From the NCBI GenBank assembly GCA_018302805.1, contig JAGVZD010000003.1:6538-70537 (forward strand): a stretch of DNA of 64,000 nt. The letters run 5' to 3'. The translations under genes and the position numbers were made by a program. The notes under the pieces were generated by a model. That model worked only from the letters and a program-made list of their open reading frames with translations, had not been told where the DNA came from and searched no databases. This document shows, one piece after another, positions 1-8,704 of this stretch (position 1 is its first letter; the number at the start of each line of letters is the position of its first letter). The stretch is from Candidatus Woesearchaeota archaeon. GTDB lineage: Archaea > Nanobdellota > Nanobdellia > SCGC-AAA011-G17 > JAGVZF01.

Positions 1-733
1 TATCTTTATCATCCCATATTTTTATTACAATTTTGAAATCTTTTTTTGTTATCTTCTTAATCCTTCGTTTTGCTGTAATTATAGATTGTGATGGTACTTT
101 GCCCAAAATCCTTTTACTTATTTTTAATCCTAATACTTGAGCAATTACTTCTTCTTCATTTTCAGAATACATATTCATAAGATTATAATGGACCAATTCA
201 TGTATTAATGTAGAATAAAACAAATTGATTGGTCTGCGTGGCAATCCCAAATATATTCCTTCTTTAGTTGTAGTTCCTTCAATATTCTTTTCCTTAACAA
301 GATAGTATATGTCTACAAGCCAAACATAAATGATTTTCGTTTTAAATAACTTTTTAGTTTCATCTTCAATCATTTTTAGTATTTGCTTTATTATTTTACC
401 ATTTAGCTTGGACACTATTCTTTTTGCTCTATTGTTGAATAATAATCTATTTTTAGTATAATAATTTTTATAACTCGAATAGATTTGTTCGAATAATTCT
501 ACAGATATCTTTTTCTTTAATGCAAATGGATTTTTTGATAATTCTTTTAAGAAATTTTCATCATCTTCAAGAGTTTCTTTCCTTTTAATTTTGTCAATCT
601 CTTTTTTAATTCTCAGTTTGTTTATTTTGGATAAAGCATCTTCTGTGCATCCAGGAAACTCTTCGAATAAGTATATAATGAAAGCTGAAAAATTAGTTTT
701 AAAATCGATTTTGAATTGGATTTTAGGCAACAT
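1..733 (-). CDS. Hypothetical protein with an HExxH motif (IHELVHYNL); the C-terminus lies beyond the window start
   Basis: Reverse-strand reading frame is open from the ATG at 733 (reverse complement of CAT at 731-733) to the window edge. My own translation gives MLPKIQFKIDF...STLIHELVHYNLMN. It is paralogous to ORF 1736..2428, which carries IIHELVHIGIED. Confidence 0.5.
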   Translation of the reverse strand, partial: MLPKIQFKIDFKTNFSAFIIYLFEEFPGCTEDALSKINKLRIKKEIDKIKRKETLEDDENFLKELSKNPFALKKKISVELFEQIYSSYKNYYTKNRLLFNNRAKRIVSKLNGKIIKQILKMIEDETKKLFKTKIIYVWLVDIYYLVKEKNIEGTTTKEGIYLGLPRRPINLFYSTLIHELVHYNLMNMYSENEEEVIAQVLGLKISKRILGKVPSQSIITAKRRIKKITKKDFKIVIKIWDDKD

Positions 734-783
734 GATATTTTGATACTTTCTTTAATATATAAATTTTATCGCAACTTTCCTAG

Positions 784-839
784 CCCGCCAACTCTTCGCC
801 AATTTTTGCTTCGCAAAAACCTTTGCACTTTGGCTCGGG
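784..839. ncRNA. GC-rich nested-hairpin element (candidate small structured RNA or terminator)
   Basis: Outer stem CCCGCCAA (784-791) pairs with TTGGC(T)CGGG (830-839). Inner perfect hairpin TTTTTGC-TTC-GCAAAAA (803-819). About 47% GC locally in a roughly 28% GC genome. Confidence 0.25.
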
Positions 840-936
840 TTTCTTTCAGAAAACCGCAACTAACAGGAATTATATTCAATTATTTTTTAGCCCCTGGAAA
901 GAAAACTTAATAAACTTTAATCCATAATCATATAAT

Positions 937-1197
937 ATGAGTGATGTTGAAAAAAGGCTTAATGCAATTGAGCAAAGAAATAGGAAAGTTGAAGTAGACA
1001 AAGCTTGGGAAACAAGTTTGTCAAGAAAAATAATAATCGCTGTTTTAACTTACGCTATAATAGTATTATTTTTCCTCGTTGCTCAATTGCCAAAACCATT
1101 CATTAATTCTATTGTTCCAACAGCAGGTTTTGTACTTTCTACATTATCTTTGCCTTTTTTGAAAAAGTTATGGATTAAGTACGGGGCTAAAAAATAA
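937..1197 (+). CDS. Small membrane protein (two hydrophobic segments)
   Basis: 86-aa ORF with hydrophobic stretches IIIAVLTYAIIVLFFLVAQL and VPTAGFVLSTLSLPF. No recognisable homology. Confidence 0.4.
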   Translation: MSDVEKRLNAIEQRNRKVEVDKAWETSLSRKIIIAVLTYAIIVLFFLVAQLPKPFINSIVPTAGFVLSTLSLPFLKKLWIKYGAKK

Positions 1198-1321
1198 CTC
1201 TGAAATTTCCCTTCGGGACGTTGCACTAAGATTCAATCTCTAACAAGAGGACCCAGCAACCATTTCGATTAGCCTAGTATTTCAAAGAAATATTTAAATA
1301 GAATTCTTCACTTGAATAATT

Positions 1322-1699
1322 ATGAAATTAAATAAACTAACTCCAGAAGAAGCAAGAGTTATCATAGAAAAAGGCACAGAACTTCCATTCACAGGCATTT
1401 ACAATGATTATAAAGAAAAGGGAACTTATTTGTGTAAGCAATGCAATACGCCTTTATTCAAATCAGAAGATAAATTTGATTCTGGTTGTGGCTGGCCAAG
1501 TTTTGATGACGAAATTAAAGGAGCAATAAAAAGAATTAGAGATAAAGACGGATCAAGATTGGAAATTCAATGTGCTAAATGTGGTGCTCATCTTGGTCAC
1601 ATATTTGAAGGAGAAAATTTCACCAAGAAGAATGTGAGGCACTGTGTTAATTCAATATCCTTAAATTTTATTAAAAATGAAAAACAAAAGTCCTCATAA
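1322..1699 (+). CDS. msrB: Peptide methionine sulfoxide reductase MsrB
   Basis: Carries the SelR/MsrB hallmarks CGWPSF and RHCVNS, plus a CxxC pair (CKQC...CAKC) for the zinc site. Length 125 aa. Confidence 0.9.
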   Translation: MKLNKLTPEEARVIIEKGTELPFTGIYNDYKEKGTYLCKQCNTPLFKSEDKFDSGCGWPSFDDEIKGAIKRIRDKDGSRLEIQCAKCGAHLGHIFEGENFTKKNVRHCVNSISLNFIKNEKQKSS

Positions 1700-1735
1700 A
1701 TAAATTTAAATACATCCAAATTACAGTTCTTAAAT

Positions 1736-2428
1736 ATGAAAAAAGAAATAAAGTTTCTTTTTAGAGCTTCTACTGTTGGCGAAGAAGTTGAAGAAGTTTG
1801 GCAAATTCTAAACAATTACTCATGGTACAAAACTAATGGTTATTCCCTAAATATTCCTAAAGATAAGAAAATAGACAATTTAATACAAATTTCTTTAAAG
1901 GAAAAAGGTTTACAAAGAAAAAATAGAAATCAGATTAAACAGATAATACAAGATACCTATGATGAAAAATATTTTAAAAATGGCCTTAATGTTCTGAATT
2001 CTTTGCGCCAGGATATTCACAGATGCTTTCCTAAATTTGTGGAGTATGAAAAATTGTGGAAATTTGGAATTCATAAGACATACGAAGTAATAATAACTTT
2101 ATATGGTACTGAAGGTTCTTATGATGTACAAACCAGAAGAATTTATATTTTAATTAAGAAAGGCGATCAACCAAAAAGGAATTATTTTTTCCAAACCATC
2201 ATTCATGAATTAGTTCATATTGGAATTGAAGATTTTATTAAAAAATTCAAGATAACACATAATGAAAAGGAAAGAATTGTAGATTTATTTTGCTCAAGAG
2301 AATTTAAAATAAAAAAATACATATTACAAAATATTGGGGATATTAGAATTGATAATTATATTGTGTCTGGTGGATTTAGGAATTTACCTTTAGCACTTAA
2401 GAAATATGTAAGAGATTTTCCTCGTTAG
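1736..2428 (+). CDS. Hypothetical protein with an HExxH motif (possible metallopeptidase-like DUF)
   Basis: 230 aa. Carries TIIHELVHIGIEDF. Paralogous to the partial ORF at 1..733. Confidence 0.45.
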   Translation: MKKEIKFLFRASTVGEEVEEVWQILNNYSWYKTNGYSLNIPKDKKIDNLIQISLKEKGLQRKNRNQIKQIIQDTYDEKYFKNGLNVLNSLRQDIHRCFPKFVEYEKLWKFGIHKTYEVIITLYGTEGSYDVQTRRIYILIKKGDQPKRNYFFQTIIHELVHIGIEDFIKKFKITHNEKERIVDLFCSREFKIKKYILQNIGDIRIDNYIVSGGFRNLPLALKKYVRDFPR

Positions 2429-2438
2429 AATATAAGAA

Positions 2439-2990
2439 ATGAAAAGCAAAAATGAAATAATTGTATTAGGTGGTGGATGCTTTTGGTGTACTGAAGCTGT
2501 TTTTTCAATGCTAAATGGCGTAATAATAGTAACTCCAGGATATTCGGGAGGTGTTACAAAAAATCCATCTTATAAGGAAGTTAGTTCAGGAGAAACAGGC
2601 CATGCAGAAGTTATAAAAGTGGAATTTGATCCATCTAAGATAAAATTATCCAAATTACTTAAAGTATTCTTCACATCTCATGATCCAACAACTCCAAATA
2701 AACAAGGAAACGATATGGGACCACAATATAGATCAATAATTCTATATTCTAATGAAAAACAAAAAGAAGAAATTGAAAAATATATACAAAAAATAAAGAA
2801 AAATTTTACAAACCCTATGGTAACACAAATACAAAAATTAGAAGAGTTTTTTTCTGCAGAAGCTTATCATAAGGATTATTTTAAAAATAATAAACTAAAT
2901 CCTTATTGCATTCTTGTTATAAATCCAAAACTTAAAAAATTAAAGAAAGAATATTCAGATCTCTTAGAGAAAAGTAAACTAAAACAATAA
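2439..2990 (+). CDS. msrA: Peptide methionine sulfoxide reductase MsrA
   Basis: N-terminal GGGCFWCTEAVF is the canonical MsrA active-site motif. Length 183 aa. Confidence 0.9.
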   Translation: MKSKNEIIVLGGGCFWCTEAVFSMLNGVIIVTPGYSGGVTKNPSYKEVSSGETGHAEVIKVEFDPSKIKLSKLLKVFFTSHDPTTPNKQGNDMGPQYRSIILYSNEKQKEEIEKYIQKIKKNFTNPMVTQIQKLEEFFSAEAYHKDYFKNNKLNPYCILVINPKLKKLKKEYSDLLEKSKLKQ

Positions 2991-3020
2991 TTTTATAAAT
3001 AACTAAAAAAATAAGTAATT

Positions 3021-3980
3021 ATGAATATCCTACAAAGAATATTACTAGTATTAGCACTAGGATTTATTTTATATTTTTTCTCTGAAAGGGTATTTTGGTC
3101 ATTTTGGAAACCAGATGAAACTTTTGGAGGGACTATTTTAGGCGTTATATTCTATTCATTAGTAGCTTATGCAATAATCTTAATAATCAGCTATTTTAAA
3201 GTTAATAATATTTATTCCATTTTTATTACTGGAGCTATATTTGGTTGGTTAGATGAAGGTCTACTTACAACAACACTCTATGGAATAGAAGGAAGCCCTT
3301 TTCCTGCATCGATATCATGGACTGGACTGGCATGGCATGCATTAATTAGTTTTACAATAGGATTTTATTTGATAAAATTATATATTAATAAAAATCAGAA
3401 AACTAAATTAGTATTATTATCAATTTTTATAGGTTTATTTTGGGCTTTGTGGTCAATATTTTGGAAATCTGAAGATCCAAGTTTAAATATACCTTTTGAT
3501 GGCTTTTTAATTCATGCTTTTGTTAGTTCACTCTTATTAATAATAAGCTTTATTTATTTTAATAAATCTATAAAGGAATTTAATCCAAGATTAGCAGAAA
3601 AAATTATTATTCCATTATTATTAGTTATATATTTCATAACTGTGACATATCCTACCAATCCAACATCCATAGTAATACTGCCAATATTACTTGTATTAGC
3701 ATTCTTAATATTGTATAAAAATAAAAAAATGGAATCAGATAATATATTTGCAAATAAAACTAGTAATAATTATTTTAATTATATAATATTAATAATAATT
3801 CCAATAGTAGCATCCGCATCTTATTATTTGATTTACAATTTGAAAATTGTTTTTCAATCAAATTTAATTGTATATTATGTTACAATGCCATTAGGATTTA
3901 TTGCTTTTATTTATAGCACAATTAAAATATTCAATAAAAGCACATATGAAAACAAGAAAATTATTAAGAGCAGAAATTAA
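3021..3980 (+). CDS. Polytopic integral membrane protein
   Basis: 319 aa with at least eight hydrophobic helices, rich in I, L and F. No catalytic motif recognised. Confidence 0.55.
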   Translation: MNILQRILLVLALGFILYFFSERVFWSFWKPDETFGGTILGVIFYSLVAYAIILIISYFKVNNIYSIFITGAIFGWLDEGLLTTTLYGIEGSPFPASISWTGLAWHALISFTIGFYLIKLYINKNQKTKLVLLSIFIGLFWALWSIFWKSEDPSLNIPFDGFLIHAFVSSLLLIISFIYFNKSIKEFNPRLAEKIIIPLLLVIYFITVTYPTNPTSIVILPILLVLAFLILYKNKKMESDNIFANKTSNNYFNYIILIIIPIVASASYYLIYNLKIVFQSNLIVYYVTMPLGFIAFIYSTIKIFNKSTYENKKIIKSRN

Positions 3981-4025
3981 CGGTGCAAACTATCTAAGCT
4001 TTAAAAACTTAGTGAATTATTTTTC

Positions 4026-4934
4026 CTAGTTTTTTATAAGATACCCACTTTCATAATAATCTTCAATACCACTAACAATATCAAAATTAGGTGTAAAATC
4101 AATTTTTTCTTTAGCTAATTTCATATCACATTCAGTGTAACTTTGATATCTTTCAGAAAATGGATTTTTAATATAAATAGGTTTTCTATCTAACTTTAAA
4201 GTAGAATTTAAAATTTTAATAATTTCATTAAAACTAATAGCTTTTCCAGTGCCACAATTAACAATACAGCTTTCTTTTGCATTAGAAGCAAACTTATTTG
4301 CCTTAACAACATCTTTAACATAAATATAATCTCTTTTTTGTTCACCATCAAAAAATATCTTAGGATCTCCATGAAGCATTTGTTGTGCTAATTGATATAT
4401 CATTGTTGCTCTTTTTCCCTTATGGCTTTCTCCAGGACCAAATATGTTACAATATCTCAATCCAACAAAAACAACATCTGAATATTTATCTGCAAGATCA
4501 TTTACTAATTCTTCAAGAACAACTTTAGATTCAGCATAAGGATTTAGTGGATTAAGTTTGGTTTTTCCTTCAACATATGGGGCAGGTTCATTTCCATATA
4601 CTGCAGTAGATGATGCATAGACAATTCTCTTGCATCCATTTTTTATAACATTATTAAATAATGTAACACTTGAAATCACATTAGCTCTGAACATTTCTCT
4701 CCTGTCCATAAAAGTAGTATCATTAATTGCCGCTTGATGAAAAACAACATCAACTTTTCCGATTCTACCCCAATCTAAACCAATAAAACTTGGCTGTAAA
4801 TAGACCCCTCTAAAATTAATTAATTTTGTTTCAGCATCATGTCCAGTAATAACTAAATCATGTCCTTCATTATATAAATAAGAAGTTAAATTAAATCCAA
4901 CTAATCCAGTTCCGCCAGTAACTAAAATTCTCAT
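4026..4934 (-). CDS. NAD-dependent epimerase/dehydratase (SDR extended family, HldD/RfaD-like)
   Basis: N-terminal Rossmann motif VTGGTGLVGFNL. Active-site YAESK (YxxxK). Also YASSTAVYG. Length 302 aa. Confidence 0.8.
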   Translation of the reverse strand: MRILVTGGTGLVGFNLTSYLYNEGHDLVITGHDAETKLINFRGVYLQPSFIGLDWGRIGKVDVVFHQAAINDTTFMDRREMFRANVISSVTLFNNVIKNGCKRIVYASSTAVYGNEPAPYVEGKTKLNPLNPYAESKVVLEELVNDLADKYSDVVFVGLRYCNIFGPGESHKGKRATMIYQLAQQMLHGDPKIFFDGEQKRDYIYVKDVVKANKFASNAKESCIVNCGTGKAISFNEIIKILNSTLKLDRKPIYIKNPFSERYQSYTECDMKLAKEKIDFTPNFDIVSGIEDYYESGYLIKN

Positions 4935-4935
4935 G

Positions 4936-5331
4936 TCAAATAACTTTAAGTTCCTGTATCTTACAAAAATCTTTTTTATTATTAGTTTTTATATTAAAAT
5001 TTTCAAACATTGCTGTGCTTCCAATTAATATATCCCTAAAGTCAATTTGTTCTCCTGATTTTTCTAAATCAGCTTTAATTTTTCCTGCTTTTTTGACTAT
5101 AATTGTATTAAGATTAAGGATTTTAAGTCTAGCAGTAAGTTTATCAACAGCCTCAACATTTTTTTCAATATTATTTGATAAATAGGCACCATAATAAAGT
5201 TCAAAAACATTAATTGTTGTAGATGCAAGAACAGAATCTTTTTCTCTATCCTTTATCCATTTTGATATCTCTTGTTTATTTCTTAAGAAATCAACCAAAA
5301 TATCTGTATCTAAACATATGAGATTTTCCAT
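4936..5331 (-). CDS. vapC: PIN-domain ribonuclease, VapC-like toxin
   Basis: Acidic PIN residues are present (LDTDILVDF, FELYYG, FRDIL). Length 131 aa. Its start overlaps the upstream small ORF. Confidence 0.75.
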   Translation of the reverse strand: MENLICLDTDILVDFLRNKQEISKWIKDREKDSVLASTTINVFELYYGAYLSNNIEKNVEAVDKLTARLKILNLNTIIVKKAGKIKADLEKSGEQIDFRDILIGSTAMFENFNIKTNNKKDFCKIQELKVI

Positions 5332-5558
5332 TTACTCCATCCCTTTTTGGTTTTTTCTTTAATTTCTTTCCATTCAGAATCACTCATTTTCCAACTTCCA
5401 GCTAAGTCACTTATCATAGTTTTTGGTTTTGATATTCTAATTTCGTTTAAAGCCTCATCAAATGATATTGGCTTTCCGCTTTTCTTCTGTAAATTAGCAG
5501 CTTTTTTCAATAGCCATTCATAATTCTCTTTATTTATTTTAATAGTTTTAGATTCCAT
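5310..5558 (-). CDS. Putative antitoxin partner of the PIN toxin
   Basis: 82-aa ORF that overlaps the PIN gene by 22 nt in the usual toxin-antitoxin arrangement. N-terminus KTIKINKENYEWLLKKA. Confidence 0.5.
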   Translation of the reverse strand: MESKTIKINKENYEWLLKKAANLQKKSGKPISFDEALNEIRISKPKTMISDLAGSWKMSDSEWKEIKEKTKKGWSKWKISYV

Positions 5559-5661
5559 TTTACACTTAGTAACTAAGTAACTTTTTATATTTAAATCTTT
5601 CTATTCGAGAATAATTATGTTAACAAATATTTTTTCTAAATTAGGTTAAATTATATAAAGA

Positions 5662-6423
5662 TTACTTTAATTGATTTCTTTTAGAAGCTAGTTTCCATAA
5701 ATGCTCAAAATGATCTTTGTAAGTTGTAGCGATATTTTTATTTTTAATCATTACAGCTGTAACAGGAGATCCCCAGGTAACTATAACAACTTTATCTCCA
5801 TAAACAAATGTATTAGTGGGATTAAATTCAGTTGCCTCTAAAAACCTGTATCTTGTTGTTGGGGCTGAAGCTTTATCAAATAAGAAAACTCCCTTACGTT
5901 TAGTAGTAATTACTCTTTCTATAATTTTATTTGCTTTTAAATCTCTAAAATATTGCTTCATGAAAATAGGCAATGCTTCTTGATATTTGCGATCATCAAT
6001 ACCTGTGATTAAAACTTCATTTCCTGTTTTTATTATATCTTTTAAAAAGTATTTTAGGCCTTCATTTCCTCTAAAAACTTCAACAAATGTATCTTGCCTA
6101 GGAAGTTTTGTCATAGCCTCTAATTCTGGTAAAATAGCATTGACAGAATTTTCTTGTGATTTCAATTCTCTCATTTTATCTTCTAAATATTGCTTGATTT
6201 TAGAAGGATTTGTTGCTTGAAAAAATTTCTTCGATCCCATATAAACATGTGTTACAAGTCCTTTATTCATTAACTGCTCTAGTTTATCATATACATGAAC
6301 TCGATAAATATCTGTTCTTTTTCCTATATCATAAGCTGTACTTGCTCCAGACTTAAGCAAATCAAGATATATCTTAATTTCGTTTTCTGTTAATCCAATA
6401 TTTCTGAGTGCTTCTGTATTCAT
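5662..6423 (-). CDS. TrmB-family transcriptional regulator
   Basis: N-terminal winged HTH, LGLTENEIKIYLDLLKSGASTAYDIGKRTDIYRVHVYDKLEQLMNKGLV, is typical of TrmB. Length 253 aa. Divergently oriented relative to the six-gene island. Confidence 0.8.
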   Translation of the reverse strand: MNTEALRNIGLTENEIKIYLDLLKSGASTAYDIGKRTDIYRVHVYDKLEQLMNKGLVTHVYMGSKKFFQATNPSKIKQYLEDKMRELKSQENSVNAILPELEAMTKLPRQDTFVEVFRGNEGLKYFLKDIIKTGNEVLITGIDDRKYQEALPIFMKQYFRDLKANKIIERVITTKRKGVFLFDKASAPTTRYRFLEATEFNPTNTFVYGDKVVIVTWGSPVTAVMIKNKNIATTYKDHFEHLWKLASKRNQLK

Positions 6424-6536
6424 ATATTTCTGAAAATCAAACAGGTATTTAATTTTTTCGTACTATTATAGAACGACATAATTTTATAAACTTAATATAT
6501 CGTCTCTAATAAGTAATAATTTAGAGGTAAATAAAA

Positions 6537-6935
6537 ATGGCAGAATATGAAGAAATAAGAAAATTGTACGAAACATTGAAACCTGATTGCTTTTATTGGG
6601 ATATTCCAGCAGATGACTTGTTGCAGCATAAGAGTTATCCTCTTAGTGTCCAACTACCAAGAGTATTAGAGAAGGGAGCGACTGCCCGTGTTGATTTGAC
6701 CGTATCTTTTTCTGGCGCAGAAACCCTAGAGCAGCGTATAGATAAAATTAGATCTCTAGATGTACTTCGTGACTATTTAAAAGAATGTGGGTATGGACCT
6801 TCTGGGTCTTCTGGACTCTTTGGAAGCCTTTATGAATATACAATCTTATTCCACATTCCAATAGAGTCACGAGAGGATGTGGCTGGCATGTTCAAAAATT
6901 TGAGTTTTGAAAGAAACATGAAGGAAGGTAAATAA
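6537..6935 (+). CDS. Island protein 1, unknown function
   Basis: 132 aa. Preceded by AGAGGT, an SD-like site. No TM segments and no known motif. Confidence 0.6.
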   Translation: MAEYEEIRKLYETLKPDCFYWDIPADDLLQHKSYPLSVQLPRVLEKGATARVDLTVSFSGAETLEQRIDKIRSLDVLRDYLKECGYGPSGSSGLFGSLYEYTILFHIPIESREDVAGMFKNLSFERNMKEGK

Positions 6936-6937
6936 AA

Positions 6938-7273
6938 ATGGCAAAATTAACATTAAGTCATAAATTAGGATATAAATTATCAAGAGCAGTAGATTGCGAT
7001 CTTACAGAATTAGAAAGCGCATTAGATTATTGTGCCCCACCTAGTGAAAGAAAAGGATATTGGCCTCATAACCCAGAAGTACCAGATCCAGTCGAAGCTT
7101 ACATAGCATGTTATGAAACTTTACGTGGGATAGATCCTGATACTGAAAAGACTATAGCCCAATATGTTGAAAGGGCTTTAGCAGATGAAGAAGACTCTTC
7201 AGAAATATTTGGACTAGTAAAAACATTAGCAAAATATTTACTTGAACATAAAAGTGAGGAAAAGCAAAAATGA
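6938..7273 (+). CDS. Island protein 2, unknown function
   Basis: 111 aa, acidic. Its start sits inside GGTAAATAAAAATGG, which also contains the stop codon of gene 1. Confidence 0.6.
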   Translation: MAKLTLSHKLGYKLSRAVDCDLTELESALDYCAPPSERKGYWPHNPEVPDPVEAYIACYETLRGIDPDTEKTIAQYVERALADEEDSSEIFGLVKTLAKYLLEHKSEEKQK

Positions 7274-7836
7274 AAATGGGACTTAGTTTACATCCGAGCC
7301 TTAAAATTGATTTACCAAGCTTTAGGCCATTATGTCATATAGTGAATTTGCTGGGCGGGCAAGGGAATATTGAGGCAGAAGACGTGAAATTGGCTATCGC
7401 TGATTACAAGGCCAAGCATCCTGAAGGAGGACTTGCCTATAGAGTTGAAGGTCTATTCCAACCAGACTTACAAACACCTAGTCAGGCAGTGGCGTATTGG
7501 CTTAGAAGTGTAAATCCAAATGCAATCAAGGTTGCTGCTCTATGCCTTGAAGATCAAGTTTCAGAATCTGATCCTGATGTTCTACAAGCTGCATTAACCA
7601 CAATTCTACATACACTAGAATTATACAGAGATAGCAGGTCACTTCTAGTACAGAGACGAGAATCGGTAAGAGGAAAGCGTGCTCTTGAAAAGGCTAATGA
7701 GTTGTACGAACTAATGAAAAAAGCTACAATTACAAGTGATAAAAGTTATCTTGAAAGAACCTTAACTAGTGATGCATATATTGAACCATATATGGAATAT
7801 ATGCAGGAAACACTTAGACAAATAGACAAGGACTAA
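7270..7836 (+). CDS. Island protein 3, unknown function
   Basis: 188 aa. Shares a 4-nt overlap with gene 2. SD-like GAGGA lies upstream. Confidence 0.6.
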   Translation: MKMGLSLHPSLKIDLPSFRPLCHIVNLLGGQGNIEAEDVKLAIADYKAKHPEGGLAYRVEGLFQPDLQTPSQAVAYWLRSVNPNAIKVAALCLEDQVSESDPDVLQAALTTILHTLELYRDSRSLLVQRRESVRGKRALEKANELYELMKKATITSDKSYLERTLTSDAYIEPYMEYMQETLRQIDKD

Positions 7837-7878
7837 CTATTTAGTATCTAAAGGGAAACATTTGGAGGTTTTGCTAAA

Positions 7879-8184
7879 ATGAAACGATATTACATATTTG
7901 GAAAAGATGGAAAGTATAGCTTTGGACTACTAGACTTAACACACTGTGGATTCGATGCTACACACTTTGGAAGTGACCGATACAATTGGATAGTAAGAAA
8001 ATATGATGAAAGCTGTGCACGATCTGGTTCTCTTTTGTACTGTGCGACAACTTCTACTAAATTAGAAATAGGTATGGTAGTAGACGTTATATTAGAAGCA
8101 AATAAAACTGGTACGTTGGACCTCTTGGCTTTGATTAAGAAAATAGATGATATTCATTTAAGTCCTAGAATGGTAAAAAAATGA
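7879..8184 (+). CDS. Island protein 4, unknown function (four Cys)
   Basis: 101 aa. Preceded by GGAGGT. Cysteines at HCG...SCARSGSLLYC. Confidence 0.55.
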   Translation: MKRYYIFGKDGKYSFGLLDLTHCGFDATHFGSDRYNWIVRKYDESCARSGSLLYCATTSTKLEIGMVVDVILEANKTGTLDLLALIKKIDDIHLSPRMVKK

Positions 8185-8687
8185 AAAGAAAAATAATTTT
8201 TTCCGAATACAGCCAGAATAAGCATCTCGAATCTTTTAGAGGAGAGATTGTTAGGGCAGGAGAAGATCTTTTACAAAAGTTAAAACAAATCTGCCAGCGT
8301 AATGATTTTAGATATTATTTTCACACTAATGGGACTGATATGAGCAGGGGGGGTCTTCTCGAACCTTGCTTAGCAACGATAGATGAATGGATTTTGAACG
8401 ACCCAACCGAGATACAAACACTTTCTGTTAAAATTGAGGGAAGAGAATATTCTGAGTTTGGGAATGTAGGTATAAATCTATTAGAAAGAAGTATCTCTCA
8501 TGATGAAAGTAAGTGTTATTTAAATCCTAATAATATTCTTGCTCTTGCTCCAGAATTATACACTGGAAATTGTGACCTATTTACTCTTGCTATTGATATA
8601 GCTGTATATTATAGTGAAAGAGTAAAGAAGTCTATTGAGGGATTCGCAAAACTCGATAAACTTCTCAGAGAAAAACAAAATCCATAA
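8181..8687 (+). CDS. Island protein 5, unknown function
   Basis: 168 aa. Shares a 4-nt overlap with gene 4. Confidence 0.55.
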   Translation: MKRKIIFSEYSQNKHLESFRGEIVRAGEDLLQKLKQICQRNDFRYYFHTNGTDMSRGGLLEPCLATIDEWILNDPTEIQTLSVKIEGREYSEFGNVGINLLERSISHDESKCYLNPNNILALAPELYTGNCDLFTLAIDIAVYYSERVKKSIEGFAKLDKLLREKQNP

Positions 8688-8704
8688 CTTAGAGGTAAAT
8701 AAGA

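Noticed and set aside
784-839. Possible tRNA in the GC-rich segment
   Set aside because: There is no GTTCGAATC-like T-loop and no cloverleaf; only nested hairpins.
716-910. 64-aa forward-strand ORF in the six-frame track
   Set aside because: It overlaps the start of the reverse-strand HExxH gene and the GC-rich hairpin element. Its sequence (…FRKPQLTGIIFNYFLAPGKKT) looks non-protein-like, so it is probably spurious.
5987-6220. 77-aa forward-strand ORF inside trmB
   Set aside because: It is antisense to a well-supported TrmB gene.
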